A stretch of DNA of 64,000 bases from Tubulanus polymorphus (taxonomy: Eukaryota; Animalia; Nemertea): assembly GCF_964204645.1 (NCBI RefSeq), contig NC_134026.1:1883950-1947949 (forward strand), read 5' to 3'. A program made the translations under genes and the position numbers. The notes beneath the pieces were generated by a model, which was given only the letters and a program-made list of their open reading frames with translations, had not been told where the DNA came from and ran no database searches. How positions within the stretch are numbered: position 1 is the first letter of the stretch; the number at the start of each line of letters is the position of its first letter. Below are positions 40,160-54,400 of the stretch, piece by piece.

Positions 40160-40750
40160 TTAGTCTTTAGTCGCACAATGCATTGTCATGGCTGTGGCCT
40201 GTCCACCTGTCCACGTTAATAGCGACACTTAAGATGGCTAACTGGCAGCCAGATTTGATTGTTAAAACTATTATTTTAATTAATTATTATTCATTCTAGT
40301 ACTCAAAATTATTATTACCATAGAAAAGATGTAGGGTGCTAAGCGAAGCATTAATTACATGCATGCTCAAGAAGGCTGACTGGCAGCCATATTCAATTTT
40401 TTCAAAACTATTTAGGGGTTTAGTTTGAATAAGTTAGGGCTAGAGTGCCATGGTAATGATTGATATTCATTTTGGATATGAAGTCTGAATCAAGATGGCT
40501 TACTGGCAGCCATGTTTACACATACTGCTAACTAATCATTTTCAAGGAAAAGGTCTAAGGTACCAGAGTGGTTGAAATCAAACTAAACTAAACTACCTGT
40601 GGCCATATTGGTTGCAAAGCTAACTGGTGACCATATCAGATTTCATTATTATGTTTTCATTATGAAGATGGTTGACTGGTGGCTGAATTGGATTTATCTT
40701 CTTTTCATTTTCACAATCAAGATGGCTGACTCGTAGCCGTATTGAATTTC
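40160..40750. mobile_element. Decayed interspersed repeat with reiterated AAGATGGCTxACTGGCAGCCAT cores
   Basis: Core copies near 40231, 40372, 40493, 40665 and 40719. The start TTTTAGTC...GTCCACCTGTCCAC resembles HINE/Helentron-type elements. Confidence 0.4.
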
Positions 40751-41419
40751 AGTAATCTCCTGTGTCTCATATGCACTTGTTTTCTGCATGCAATTTTTTT
40801 CTATCGCTCTTCTCTACTACCTGCAGCTTTCTCATTCAATAAATATCAATGTATATATCAACATCATTGGGAGGTGCACCTGGCCTTATATACCGCGCGG
40901 TAAAAACCACTCTTTCTGTGATTGTGTAGTACCAGTAATTGATGATCATCGAGTGAGTGATTGGCCTGGCCCAGTTATTCTAAAATCACTGGGGCTTTAA
41001 TTATTAAAGGTAAATAATGATGAAAACTAGAAATTTAGATATTTTATCAAATTGATCGACACATCAATCAATCTATCTGTACTAACACTAATTGTAAATT
41101 TGTAAAAAGTTGTTGGTTTTTATTTGTATATTTGATATTTTTTAAATATTTTTTTCTTGATTTTAATTTTTACTTGTAAATATACTTTTTATGTATGTAT
41201 TAAACTTGGAAACTTGGATTTTGAATATTATCTTAAAACCTTGTAATTTTCTTAACTACACAATATCTAAACATCAATTCAAGCTATTTTAACCCAGATT
41301 TAGGCCACATTTTCATAAAATAAAATTGCTTTATTTGATCACAAGAAGAATTCGTTCAATCTTGGCTTTATACTTTTACCAGTGTTTTTAAAGTTGTCCT
41401 GAGGTACGACGTTAAACTG

Positions 41420-41420
<1 letters not shown>

Positions 41421-41461
<41 letters not shown>

Positions 41462-41817
41462 TCCCTCTCCCTCTCCCTCTCCCTCTCCCTCTCCCTCTCC
41501 CTCTCCCTCTCCCTCTCCCTCTCCCTCTCCCTCTCCCTCTCCCTCTCCCTCTCCCTCTCCCTCTCCCTCTCCCTCTCCCTCTCCCTCTCCCTCTCCCTCT
41601 CCCTCTCCCTCTCCTCCCCTCTCTTTCCTCCCTCTCTTTCCTCTCCTCTCTTTCCTCTCCTCTCTTTCCTCTCCTCTCTTTCCTCTCCTCTCTTTCCTCT
41701 CCTCTCTTTCCTCTCCTCTCCTCTCCTCTCTTTCCTCTCTCTCCTCTCCTCTCTCTCTTTCCTCTCCCTCTCCTCTCTTTCCTCTCTTTCCTCTTTCTCC
41801 TTTCTCTCTTCACTTTT
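41421..41817. repeat. Compound polypyrimidine microsatellite (CT)n-(CTCCCT)n-degenerate CT
   Basis: About 390 bp of almost pure C/T on the + strand; explains ORF 41412-41813. Confidence 0.97.
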
Positions 41818-41839
41818 CCCTCGCCGATTCGCAGTTTGG

Positions 41840-41841
<2 letters not shown>

Positions 41842-41873
<32 letters not shown>
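41842..41873. repeat. (GAT)n microsatellite
   Basis: About 10 perfect TGA/GAT units. Confidence 0.9.
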
Positions 41874-42009
41874 CTGGTAATACAGAATTTATACTGAACA
41901 GCAGTTAAGAAAATTTCCATTCGACACTGTATTAGATACCTCTAGTGGATTTGTCTTAAGAGATATCGATAAGAATACTCTTTCCTTGAGCAACTATCAA
42001 AATGTTTAA

Positions 42010-43560
42010 GCCTAAGAGTCTTTCTTATAGGATAGGTCTAAGTGTAAGACCTCTAAGACTGCTGAAGGATTGGTACAAATCTAAGACTGCGTATGGGATA
42101 GGTCTAGTGTAAGTCTGCTTATAGGATGAGTCTAGTGTAAGAGTGCTTGTAGGATAGGTCTAAGTGTAAGTCTTCTAAGACTGCTTATGGGATAGGTCTA
42201 GTGTAAGACTTCTAAGACTGCTTGTAGGATAGGTCTAAGTGTAAGACTTCTAAGACTGCTTACAGGATAGGTCTAAGTGTAAGACTTCTAAGACTGCTTA
42301 CAGGATAGGTCTAAGTGTAAGACTTCTAAGACTGCTTACAGGATAGGTCTAAGTGTAAGACTTCTAAGACTGTTTCCAGGATAGGTCTAAGTGTAAGACT
42401 TCTAAGACTGCTTGCTGAATAGGTCTAAGTGTAAGACTTCTAAGACTACTTACAGGATAGGTCTAAGTGTAAGACTTCTAAGACTGCTTACAGGATAGGT
42501 CTTAGTGTAAGACTTCTAAGACTGCTTGTAGGATACGGTAGGTCTAAGTGTAAGACTTCTAAGACTGCTTGTAGGATAGGTCTAAGTGTGAGACTTCTAA
42601 GACTGCTTGTAGGAAAGGTCTAAGTGTAAGACTTCTAAGACTGCTTGTAGGAAAGGTCTAAGTGTAAGACTTCTAAGACTGCTTACAGGATAGGTCTAAG
42701 TGTAAGACTTCTAAGACTGCTTGTAGGATAGGTCTAAGTGTAAGACTTCTAAGACTGCTTGTAGGATAGGTCTAAGTGTAAGACCTCTAAAACTGCTTGT
42801 AGGATAGGTCTAAGTGTAAGACTTCTAAGACTGCTTACAGGATAGGTCTAAGTGTAAGACTTCTAAGACTGCTTGTAGGATAGGTCTAAGTGTAAGACTT
42901 CTAAGACTGCTTACAGGATAGGTCTAAGTGTAAGACTTCTAAGACTGCTTGTAGGATAGGTCTAAGTGTGAGACTTCTAAGACTGCTTGTAGGAAAGGTC
43001 TAAGTGTAAGACTTCTAAGACTGCTTGTAGGATAGGTCTAAGTGTAAGACTTCTAAGACTGCTTGTAGGATAGGTCTAAGTGTAAGACTTCTAAGACTGC
43101 TTGTAGGATAGGTCTAAGTGTAAGACTTCTAAGACTGCTTGTAGGATAGGTCTAAGTGTAAGACTTCTAAGACTGCTTGTAGGATAGGTCTAAGTGTAAG
43201 ACTTCTAAGACTGCATATAAGACTGTTTATAGGATAGGTACAAATCTGAGACTTCTTATGCCATAGGTCTAAGTGTAAGAGTACTTATGGGATAGGTACA
43301 AATCTAAGACTTTTAAGACTGCTGGTAGGAAAGGTCTAAGTGTGAGACTACTAAGACTGCTTGTAGGATAGGTCTAAGTGTAAGACTTCTAAGACTGCTT
43401 GTAGGATAGGTCTTAGTGTAAGACTTCTAAGACTGCTTATAGGATAGGTGCAAATCTTGGGACATCTTATGGCATAGGTCTAAGTGTAAGAGTGCTTATA
43501 GGATAGGTACAAATCTAAGACTGCTTATGGGATAGGTCTAAGTCTAAGACTTCTAAGACA
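42010..43560. repeat. 38-bp tandem satellite, about 40 copies, homogeneous centre and degenerate edges
   Basis: Unit GGATAGGTCTAAGTGTAAGACTTCTAAGACTGCTTGTA (variant ...GCTTACA). Confidence 0.96.
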
Positions 43561-44328
43561 TAGTGTTGTAATACATGGTGTTGTGTGCTATGTAGATTGG
43601 TATTAAGTTCAGCTACCTTGAAACATTGATATGTGTACTGAAACATTGATACGTTGGTGATTTGGCTGCTTGTTCTACCTCCCCTTCCTAGGGGGATGTC
43701 AGTTTTCAATAACTATGATACTGGCTTGTTGATGTGACCTTCTTCACTCTTTGATGTTCAAAATAGTTATAAAATAATGATAGATATAGAATAATGATAA
43801 GTATAGGATAATAATAGGTTAAATAATAATAGGCATGAAATGATAATAAGGTATAGAATAATAATAAGCATAGTAAAATAATTATAATATGTTTGAATGT
43901 TTCTCCTTCTTGATTATTGCTGTATGGTAGTTGCATCTACATCAAATTCACTGAATGATGCTGATAGCTGCTGTGCAGTTCAGCCATCTTGAAACATTGA
44001 TACATGTACTGAAACATTGATACATGTACCGGTACTGAAATATTGATACATGTACTGAAACATTGATCCACATACTGATTTGGTGGTACGTTCTACCTCC
44101 TCTCCTCTGCTTTTAGGCGTAATATGAAAAATGTCAGTCAACTATGATACTGGCTAGTTGATGTGACCTTCTTCACACTTTTGATACATATATTAAATGA
44201 ATAATAGGTATGAAATAATAAGGTATACTTAAAAGAATTATGAATTTTCTCCTCCTCCACCTCATGTAGGGATAATGTAGAGTTTTGGGATCTCATATCT
44301 ACTCGTTCTTGAAATTTCAAGTAAAACA

Positions 44329-44670
44329 GACTCAAAACACTGATTGCTGCATCTTTAAATACGACTGGTTCCTACGGCATATGAATTCCCAATTCGCATT
44401 ATCATTAACGTTAATTGTCAGTGACTCAAAACACTGATTGCTGCCTTTTCCAAATACTGTTGATTGCTGCTGTAATGAATTTCTGGGTTGCTTTATCATT
44501 GATGTTAATTCTCAGTGACTCAAAACACTGATTGCTGCCTCTTCCAAATACTGTTGATTGCTGCTGAAATGAATTTCCAATTCGCATTATCATTGATGTT
44601 AATTCTCAGTGACTCAAAACACTGATTGCTGCCTTTTCCAAATACTGTTGATTACTGCTGTAATGAATTT
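44329..44670. repeat. Tandem repeat of about 94 bp (about 4 copies) related to the adjacent 138-bp satellite
   Basis: GACTCAAAACACTGATTGCTG near 44329, 44422, 44517 and 44611. Shares the AATTGTCAGTG...CACTGA...AATACTG..GCTGCTG layout with the large satellite. Confidence 0.75.
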
Positions 44671-47600
44671 CTTCAACTGTCATGTAGAAACGTGACAAAC
44701 AAACTGAATTGTCAGAATGTTATGTCACTGATGACCTCCTTTAATACTGCTGTTTTCTGGTGGTGTTAATTGATATGCTCTGTTTTGGGGTGATACCTAA
44801 AATATATATAAAAATTATTACATTAAACATTATAACAACATGAATCATCCTCCTTAAATACTGCTGCTTGCTGCTGGCTCTGTTTTGGGGTGATATTGAG
44901 TTCAGGGAGCTCCTCCTTCCTTCTTCGACTGTCATGTAGAAACGTGACAAACTAACTGAATTGTCAGTGTGTTACATCACTGATGACCTCCTTAAATACT
45001 GCTGCTTGCTGCTGGGTGTTAATTAATACACTTGTTTTGGGGTGATATTGATTTCAGGAGTCTCCTCCTTCCTTCTTCAACTGTCATGTTGAAACGTGAC
45101 AAACAAACTGAATTGTCAGTGTGTTACATCACTAATGACCTCCTTTAATACTGCTGCTTGCTGCTGGCTCTGTTTTGGGGTTATATTGAGATCAGGAGTC
45201 TCCTCCTTCCTGCTTCAACTTTCATGTAGAAACGTGACAAACAAACTGAATTGTCAGTGTGTTACATCACTGATGGGCTCCTTTAATACTGCTGCTTGCT
45301 GCTGCGTGTTAATTAATACACTCTGTTTTGGGGTGATATTGATTTCAGGAGTCTCCTCCTTCCTTCTTCAACTGTCATGTAGAAACGTGACAAACAAACT
45401 GAATTGTCAGTGTGTTACAACACTGTTGGGCTCCTTTAATACTGCTGCTTGCTGCTGGGTGTTAATTAATACACTCTGTTTTGGGGTGATATCTAAAATA
45501 TATATAAGAATTATTACATTAAACATTATAACAACATGAATCATCCTCCTCAAATACTGCTGCTTGCTGCTGGCTCTGTTTTGGGTGATATTGGGATCAG
45601 GAGCCTCCTCCTTCCTGCTTCAACTGTCATGTAGAAACGTGACAAACAAACTGAATTGTCAGTGTGTTACAACACTGTTGGGCTCCTTTAATACTGCTGC
45701 TTGCTGGTGGTGTTAATTGATACACTCTGTTTTGGGGTGATATCTAAAATATATATAAGAATTATTACATTAAACATTATAACAACATGAATCATCCTCC
45801 TTAAATACTGCTGCTTGCTGCTGGCTCTGTTTTGGGGTGATATTGAGATCAGGAATCTCCTCCTTCCTGCTTCAACTATCATATAGAAACGTGACAAACT
45901 GTATGGTCAGTGTGTTACATCACTGATGACCTCCTTAAATACTGCTGCTTGCTGCTGGCTCTGTTTTGGGGTGATATTGAGATCAGGAGTCTCCTCCTTC
46001 CTGCTTCAACTGTCATGTAGAAACGTGACAAACAAACTGAATTGTCAGTGTGTTACATCATTGATGACCTCCTTTAATACTGCTGCTTGCTGCTGGCTCT
46101 GTTTTGGGGTGATATTGAGATCAGGAGTCTTCTCCTTCCTGCTTCAACTGTCATGTAGAAACGTGACAAACAAACTGAATTGTCAGTGTGTTACATCACT
46201 GATGACCTCCTTTAATACTGCTGCTTGCTGCTGGCTCTGTTTTGGGGTGATATTGAGATCAGGAGTCTTCTCCTTCCTGCTTCAACTGTCATGTAGAAAC
46301 GTGACAAACAAACTGAATTGTCAGTGTGTTACAACATTGATGACCTCCTTTAATACTGCTGCTTGCTGCTGGCTGTGTTTTGGGGTGATATTGAGATCAG
46401 GAGTCTCCTCCTTCCTTCTTCAACTGTCATGTAGAAACGTGACAAACAAACTTAATTGTCAGTGTGTTACATCATTGATGACCTCCTTTAATACTGCTGC
46501 TTGCTGCTGGCTCTGTTTTGGGGTGATATTGAGATCAGGAGTCTTCTCCTTCCTGCTTCAACTGTCATGTAGAAACGTGACAAACAAACTGAATTGTCAG
46601 TGTGTTACATCACTGATGACCTCCTTTAATACTGCTGCTTGCTGCTGGCTCTGTTTTGTGGTGATATTGAGATCGGGAGTCTCCTCCTTCCTTCTTCGAC
46701 TGTCATGTAGAAACGTGACAAACAAACTGAATTGTCAGTGTGTTACATCACTGATGACCTCCTTTAATACTGCTGCTTGAGGCTGGGTGTTAATTGATAT
46801 GCTCTGGGGTGATATCGATGCATTCTCCTCCCTTCTTCAACTGTCATGTAGAAACGTGACAAACAAACTGAATTGTCAGTGTGTTACATCACTGATGACC
46901 TCCTTAAATACTGCTGCTTGAGGCTGGGTGTTGATTAATACACTCTGTTTTGGGGTGATATTGAGATCAGGAGTCTTCTCCTTCCTGCTTCAACTGTCAT
47001 GTAGAAACGTGACAAACAAACTGAATTGTCAGTGCGTTACAACACTGATGACCTCCTCTAATACTGCTGCTTGCTGCTGGGTGTTAATTCTTACCACCTT
47101 CCATGAACTTCTTGAATTATTACATTAAACATTATTACTATAAGAATTATTACATTAAACATTATAACATCATGAATCATCCTCCTTAAATACTGCTGCT
47201 TGCTGCTGGCTCTGTTTTGGGGTGATATTGAGTTCAGGAGTCTCCTCCTTCCTTCTTCAACTGTCATGTAGAAACGTGACAAAGGAACTGAATTGTCAGT
47301 GCATTACAACACTGATGACCTCCTTTAATACTGCTGCTTACTGCTGGGTGTTAATTAATACACTCTGTTGGGGTGATATTGAGTTCAGGAGTCTCCTCCT
47401 TCCTTCTTCAACTGTCATGTAGAAACGTGACAAAGGAACTGAATTGTCAGTGCGTTACAACACTGATGACCTCCTTTAATACTGCTGCTTGCTGCTGGGT
47501 GTTAATTCTTACCACCTTCCATGAACTTCTTGAATTATTACATTAAACATTATTACTATAAGAATTATTACATTAAACATTATAACATCATGAATCATCC

Positions 47601-50600
47601 TCCTTAAATACTGCTGCTTGCTGCTGGCTCTGTTTTGGGGTGATATTGAGTTCAGGAGTCTCCTCCTTCCTGCTTCAACTGTCATGTAGAAACGTGACAA
47701 ACAAACTGAATTGTCAGTGTGTTACATCACTGATGACCTCCTTTAATACTGCTGCTTGCTGCTGGCTCTGTTTTGGGGTGATATTGAGATCAGGAGTCTT
47801 CTCCTTCCTGCTTCAACTGTCATGTAGAAACGTGACAAACAAACTGAATTGTCAGTGTGTTACAACATTGATGACCTCCTTTAATACTGCTGCTTGCTGC
47901 TGGCTGTGTTTTGGGGTGATATTGAGATCAGGAGTCTCCTCCTTCCTTCTTCAACTGTCATGTAGAAACGTGACAAACAAACTTAATTGTCAGTGTGTTA
48001 CATCATTGATGACCTCCTTTAATACTGCTGCTTGCTGCTGGCTCTGTTTTGGGGTGATATTGAGATCAGGAGTCTTCTCCTTCCTGCTTCAACTGTCATG
48101 TAGAAACGTGACAAACAAACTGAATTGTCAGTGTGTTACATCACTGATGACCTCCTTTAATACTGCTGCTTGCTGCTGGCTCTGTTTTGTGGTGATATTG
48201 AGATCGGGAGTCTCCTCCTTCCTTCTTCGACTGTCATGTAGAAACGTGACAAACAAACTGAATTGTCAGTGTGTTACATCACTGATGACCTCCTTTAATA
48301 CTGCTGCTTGAGGCTGGGTGTTAATTGATATGCTCTGGGGTGATATCGATGCATTCTCCTCCCTTCTTCAACTGTCATGTAGAAACGTGACAAACAAACT
48401 GAATTGTCAGTGTGTTACATCACTGATGACCTCCTTAAATACTGCTGCTTGAGGCTGGGTGTTGATTAATACACTCTGTTTTGGGGTGATATTGAGATCA
48501 GGAGTCTTCTCCTTCCTGCTTCAACTGTCATGTAGAAACGTGACAAACAAACTGAATTGTCAGTGCGTTACAACACTGATGACCTCCTCTAATACTGCTG
48601 CTTGCTGCTGGGTGTTAATTCTTACCACCTTCCATGAACTTCTTGAATTATTACATTAAACATTATTACTATAAGAATTATTACATTAAACATTATAACA
48701 TCATGAATCATCCTCCTTAAATACTGCTGCTTGCTGCTGGCTCTGTTTTGGGGTGATATTGAGTTCAGGAGTCTCCTCCTTCCTTCTTCAACTGTCATGT
48801 AGAAACGTGACAAAGGAACTGAATTGTCAGTGCATTACAACACTGATGACCTCCTTTAATACTGCTGCTTACTGCTGGGTGTTAATTAATACACTCTGTT
48901 GGGGTGATATTGAGTTCAGGAGTCTCCTCCTTCCTTCTTCAACTGTCATGTAGAAACGTGACAAAGGAACTGAATTGTCAGTGCGTTACAACACTGATGA
49001 CCTCCTTTAATACTGCTGCTTGCTGCTGGGTGTTAATTCTTACCACCTTCCATGAACTTCTTGAATTATTACATTAAACATTATAACATCATGAATCATC
49101 CTCCTTAAATACTGCTGCTTGCTGCTGGCTCTGTTTTGGGGTGATATTGAGTTCAGGAGTCTCCTCCTTCCTTCTTCAACTGTCATGTAGAAACGTGACA
49201 AAGGAACTGAATTGTCAGTGCGTTACAACACTGATGACCTCCTTTAATACTGCTGCTTGCTGCTGGGTGTTGATTCTTACCACCTTCCATGAACTTCGTG
49301 AATTATTACATTAAACATTATTACTATAAGAATTATTACATTAAACATTATAACATCATGAATCATCCTCCTTAAATACTGCTGCTTGCTGCTGGCTCTG
49401 TTTTGGGGTGATATTGAGTTCAGGAGTCTCCTCCTTCCTTCTTCAACTGTCATGTAGAAACGTGACAAAGGAACTGAATTGTCAGTGCGTTACAACACTG
49501 ATGACCTCCTTTAATACTGCTGCTTGCTGCTGGGTGTTGATTCTTACCACCTTCCATGAACTTCTTGAATTATTACATTAAACATTATTACTATAAGAAT
49601 TATTACATTAAACATCATAACATCATGAATCATCCTCCTTAAATACTGCTGCTTGCTGCTGGCTCTGTTTTGGGGTGATATTGAGTTCAGGAGTCTCCTC
49701 CTTTCTTCTTCAACTGTCATGTAGAAACGTGACAAACGAACTGAATTGTCTGTGCATTAAACACTGATGACCTCCTTTAATACTGCTGCTTGCTGCTGCG
49801 TGTTAATTGATACACTCTGTTTTGGGGTGATATTGAGTTCAGGAGTCTCCTCCTTCCTTCTTCAACTGTCATGTAGAAACGTGACAAACGAACTGAATTT
49901 TCAGTGTGTTACAACACTGATGACTACCTTTAATACTGCTGCTTGCTGCTGGGTGTTAATTGATACACTCTGTTTTGGGTTGATATTGAGTGCAGGAGTC
50001 TCCTCCTTCCTTCTTCAACTGTCATGTAGAAACGTGACAAAGGAACTGAATTGTCAGTGCGTTACAACACTGATGACCTCCTTTAATACTGCTGCTTGCT
50101 GCTGGGTGTTAATTTTTACCACCTTCCATGAACTTCTTGAATTATTACATTAAACATTATTACTATAAGAATTATTACATTAATCATTATAACATCATGA
50201 ATCATCCTCCTTAAATACTGCTGCTTGCTGCTGGCTCTGTTTTGGGGTGATATTGAGTTCAGGAGTCTCCTCCTTTCTTCTTCAACTGTCATGTAGAAAC
50301 GTGACAAACGAACTGAATTGTCTGTGCATTAAACACTGATGACCTCCTTTAATACTGCTGCTTGCTGCTGGGTGTTAATAAATACACTCTGTTCAGGGGT
50401 GATATTGAGTGCAGGAGTCTCCTCCTTCCTTCTTCAACTGTCATGTAGAAACGTGACTTACAAACTGAATTGTCAGTGTGTTACAAAACTGATGACCTCC
50501 TTTAATACTGCTGCTTGCTGCTGGGTGTTAATAAATACACTCTGTTCAGGGGTGATATTGAGTGCAGGAGTCTCCTCCTTCCTTCTTCAACTGTCATGTA

Positions 50601-50739
50601 GAAACATGACAAACAAACTGAATTGTCAGTCTGGTACAACACTGATGACCTCCTTAAATACTGCTGCTTGCTGCTGCGCGTTAATAAATACACTCTGTAA
50701 TGGGGTGATATTGAGTTTTGGCAAGTTTTGCTCCCTGAG

Positions 50740-51790
50740 CATCCTTATTACGACTTAACGTTTTAAATGTATAAATATTCAAAACAGCTATCCATCGATA
50801 GCTTTGTGGTGGCTGAATCATTGAAATGTCGCTGGTGTTGGTTCAGTGTATATATTGTAATATATGTCGGTGAATTGGGACTGATTATGTTTCCTAATCG
50901 TCCTCATTATGACTTTACATTTTAAATGTATAAATATTCAAAACAGCTATCCATCGATAGCTTTGTGGTGGTTGAATCATTGAAATGTCGCTGGTGTTGG
51001 TACATTGTATATATTGTAATATATGTCGGTGAAATGGGATTGATCATATTTTGTGGTCGTCTTTTTTGCGACTTAGCGTTTTAAATGTATAAATATTCAA
51101 AGCAGCTATCCATCGATAGCTTTGTGGTGGCTGAATCATTGAAATGTCGCTGGTGTTGGTTCTGTGTATATATTGTAATATATGTCGGTGAATTGGGACT
51201 GATTATGTTTCCTAATCGTCCTCATTATGACTTTACATTTTAAATGTGTAAATATTCAAAACAGCTATCCATCGATAGCTTTGTGGTGGTTGAATCTTTG
51301 AAATGTCGCTGGTGTTGGTACATTGTATATATTGTAATATATGTCGGTGAAATGGGATTGATCATGTTTTGTGATTATCTTTCTTGCGACTTTACGTTTT
51401 AAATGTATAAATATTCAAAGCAGCTATCCATCGATAGCTTTGTGGTGGTTGAATCTTTGAAATGTCATTGGTGTTGGTTCTGTATATATATATATTGTAA
51501 TATATGTCGGTGAATTGGGATTGATTATGTTTCCTGATCGTCCTTATTGCGACTTTACGTTTTAAATGTATAAATATTCAAAACAGCTATCCATTGATAG
51601 CTTTGTGGTGGTTGAATCTTTGAAATGTTGGTACATTGTATATATTGTAATATATGTCGGTGAATTGGGATTGATTATGTTTCCTGATCGTCCTTATTGC
51701 GACTTTACGTTTTAAATGTATAAATATTCAAAACAGCTATCCATCGATAGCTTTATGGTGGTTGAATCATTGAAATAATGCTGGTGTTGG
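50740..51790. repeat. Satellite of about 159 bp, block 1
   Basis: TTTTAAATGTATAAATATTCAAAACAGCTATCCATCGATAGCTTTGTGG recurs about every 159 bp. Confidence 0.93.
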
Positions 51791-53494
51791 TTCTCTGTGT
51801 ATACTGTATCAGCAAATTATTATCACATTACACATTTTAAAAGTGTTATACTCAAAGATGCTATTGTTTGATTGCTTCACTTTGGTTCCTTGCACCTGAA
51901 GGTTGTTAACTGTCATGTAGAAACGTGACAAACGAACTGAATTGTCAGTGTGTTACAACACTGATGAACTCCTTTAATACAGCTGCTTAATTGATACACT
52001 CTGTTTTGGGGTGATATTGAGGTCAGGAGTCTCCTCCTTCCTTCTTCAACTGTCATGTAGAAACGTGACAAAGGAACTGAATTGTCAGTGCGTTACAACA
52101 CTGATGATCTCCTTTAATCATGCTGCTTGCTGCTGAGTGTTAATTGATACACTCTGTTTTGGGGTGATATTGAGTGCAGGAGTCTCCTCCTTCCTTCTTC
52201 AACTGTCATGTAGAAAGGTGACAAAGGAACTGAATTGTCAGTGCGTTACAACACTGATGACCTCCTTTAATACTGCTGCTTGCTGCTGGGTGTTAATTCT
52301 TACCACCTTCCATGAACTTCTTGAATTATTACATTAAACATTATTACTATAAGAATTATTACATTAAACATTATAACATCATGAATCATCCTCCTTAAAT
52401 ACTGCTGCTTGCTGCTGGCTCTGTTTTGGGGTGATATTGAGTTCAGGAGTCTCCTCCTTCCTTCTTCAACTGTCATGTAGAAACGTGACAAAGGAACTGA
52501 ATTGTCAGTGCGTTACAACACTGATGACCTCCTTTAATACTGCTGCTTGCTGCTGGGTGTTAATTCTTACCACCTTCCATGAACTTCTTGAATTATTACA
52601 TTAAACATTATTACTATAAGAATTATTACATTAAACATTATAACATCATGAATCATCCTCCTTAAATACTGCTGCTTGCTGCTGGCTCTGTTTTGGGGTG
52701 ATATTGAGTTCAGGAGTCTCCTCCTTCCTTCTTCACCTGTCATGTAGAAACGTGACAAAGGAACTGAATTGTCAGTGTGTTACAACACTGATGACTACCT
52801 TTAATACTGCTGCTTGCTGCTGCGTGTTAATTTATACACTCTGTTTTGGGGTGATATTGAGTTCAGTAGTCTCCTCCTTCCTGCTTCAACTGTCATGTAG
52901 AAAAGTGACAAACAAACTGAATTTTCAGTGTGTTACAACACTGATGACCACCTATAATACTGCTGCTTGCTGCTGGGTGTTAATTGATACACTCTGTTTT
53001 GGGGTGATATTGAGTGCAGGAGTCTCCTCCTTCCTTCTTCAATTGTCATGTAGAAACATGACAAACAAACTGAATTGTCAGTGTGTTACAACACTGATGA
53101 CCTTTAATACTGCTGCTTGCTGCAGCGTGTTAATAAATGCACTCTGTTCAGGGGTGATATTGAGTGCAGGAGTCTCCTCCTTCCTTCTTCAACTGTCATG
53201 TAGAAACGTGACAATCAAACTGAATTTTCAGTGTGGTACAACACTGATGGCCTCCTTTAATACTGCTGCTTGCTGCTGCGTGTTAATTAATACACTCTGT
53301 TTTGGGGTGATATTGAGTTCAGGAGTCTCCTCCTTCCTTCTTCAACTGTCATGTAGAAACGTGACAAACAAACTGAATTTTCAGTGTGTTACAACACTGA
53401 TGGCCTCCTTTAATACTGCTGCTTGCTGCTGCGTGTTAATTAATACACTCTGTTATGGGGTGATATTGAGTGTTGGCAAGTTTTGCTCCCTGAG

Positions 53495-54400
53495 CATCCT
53501 TATTGCGACTTAACGTTTTAAATGTATAAATATTCAAAACAGCTATCCATCGATAGCTTTGTGGTGGTTGAATCTTTGAAATGTCGCTGGTGTTGGTACA
53601 TTGTATATATTGTAATATATGTCGGTGAAATGGGATTGATCATGTTTTGTGATTGTCCTTATTGCAACTTTACGTTTTAAATGTATAAATATTCAAAACA
53701 GCTATCCATCGATAGCTTTGTGGTGGTTGAATCATTGAAATGTTGCTGGTGTTGTTACATTGTATATATTGTAATATATGTCGGTGAAATGGGATGGATC
53801 ATATTTTGTGATCGTCGTTTTTGCGACTTAGCGTTTTAAATGTATAAATATTCAAAGCAGCTATCCATCGATAGCTTTGTGGTGGCTGAATCATTGAAAT
53901 GTCGCTGGTGTTGGTTCTGTGTATATATTGTAATATATGTCGGTGAATTGGGACTGATTATGTTTCCTAATCGTCCTCATTATGACTTTACATTTTAAAT
54001 GTATAAATATTCAAAACAGCTATCCATCGATAGCTTTGTGGTGGTTGAATCTTTGAAATGTCATTGGTGTTGGATCTGTGTATATATATATTGTAATATA
54101 TGTCGGTGAATTGGGATTGATTATGTTTCCTGATCGTCCTTATTGCGACTTTACGTTTTAAATGTATAAATATTCAAAACAGCTATCCATCGATAGCTTT
54201 GTGGTGGTTGAATCTTTGAAATGTCGCTGGTGTTGGTACATTGTATATATTGTAATATATGTCGGTGAATTGGGACTGATTATGTTTCCTGATCGTCCTT
54301 ATTGCGACTTTACGTTTTAAATGTATAAATATTCAAAACAGCTATCCATCGATAGCTTTATGGTGGTTGAATCATTGAAATAATGCTGGTGTTGGTTCTC
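53495..54400. repeat. Satellite of about 159 bp, block 2
   Basis: Same unit as block 1 with the same unique exit linker (AGCAAATTATTATCAC at 51811 and 54416). Confidence 0.93.

Noticed and set aside
41412-41813. RG/RE-repeat ORF
   Set aside because: Translation of the CT microsatellite.
37051-41877. Inverted pair CCAGC(ATC)n at 37051 and (GAT)nGCTGG at 41842 as termini of a 4.8-kb element
   Set aside because: Similarity outside the microsatellite is only about 5 bp and there is no TSD; compatible with chance.
46015-46070. Hammerhead-ribozyme-like order GAAAC...GTC...CTGATGA in the 138-bp satellite (also CTGATGA on the minus strand of the 158-bp satellite)
   Set aside because: Stems I and III cannot be formed in the required register (A opposite A at position 1.1, only 2-3 pairs in stem III), and the 158-bp unit lacks GAAA after its stem. 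A cmsearch with hammerhead models would settle it.
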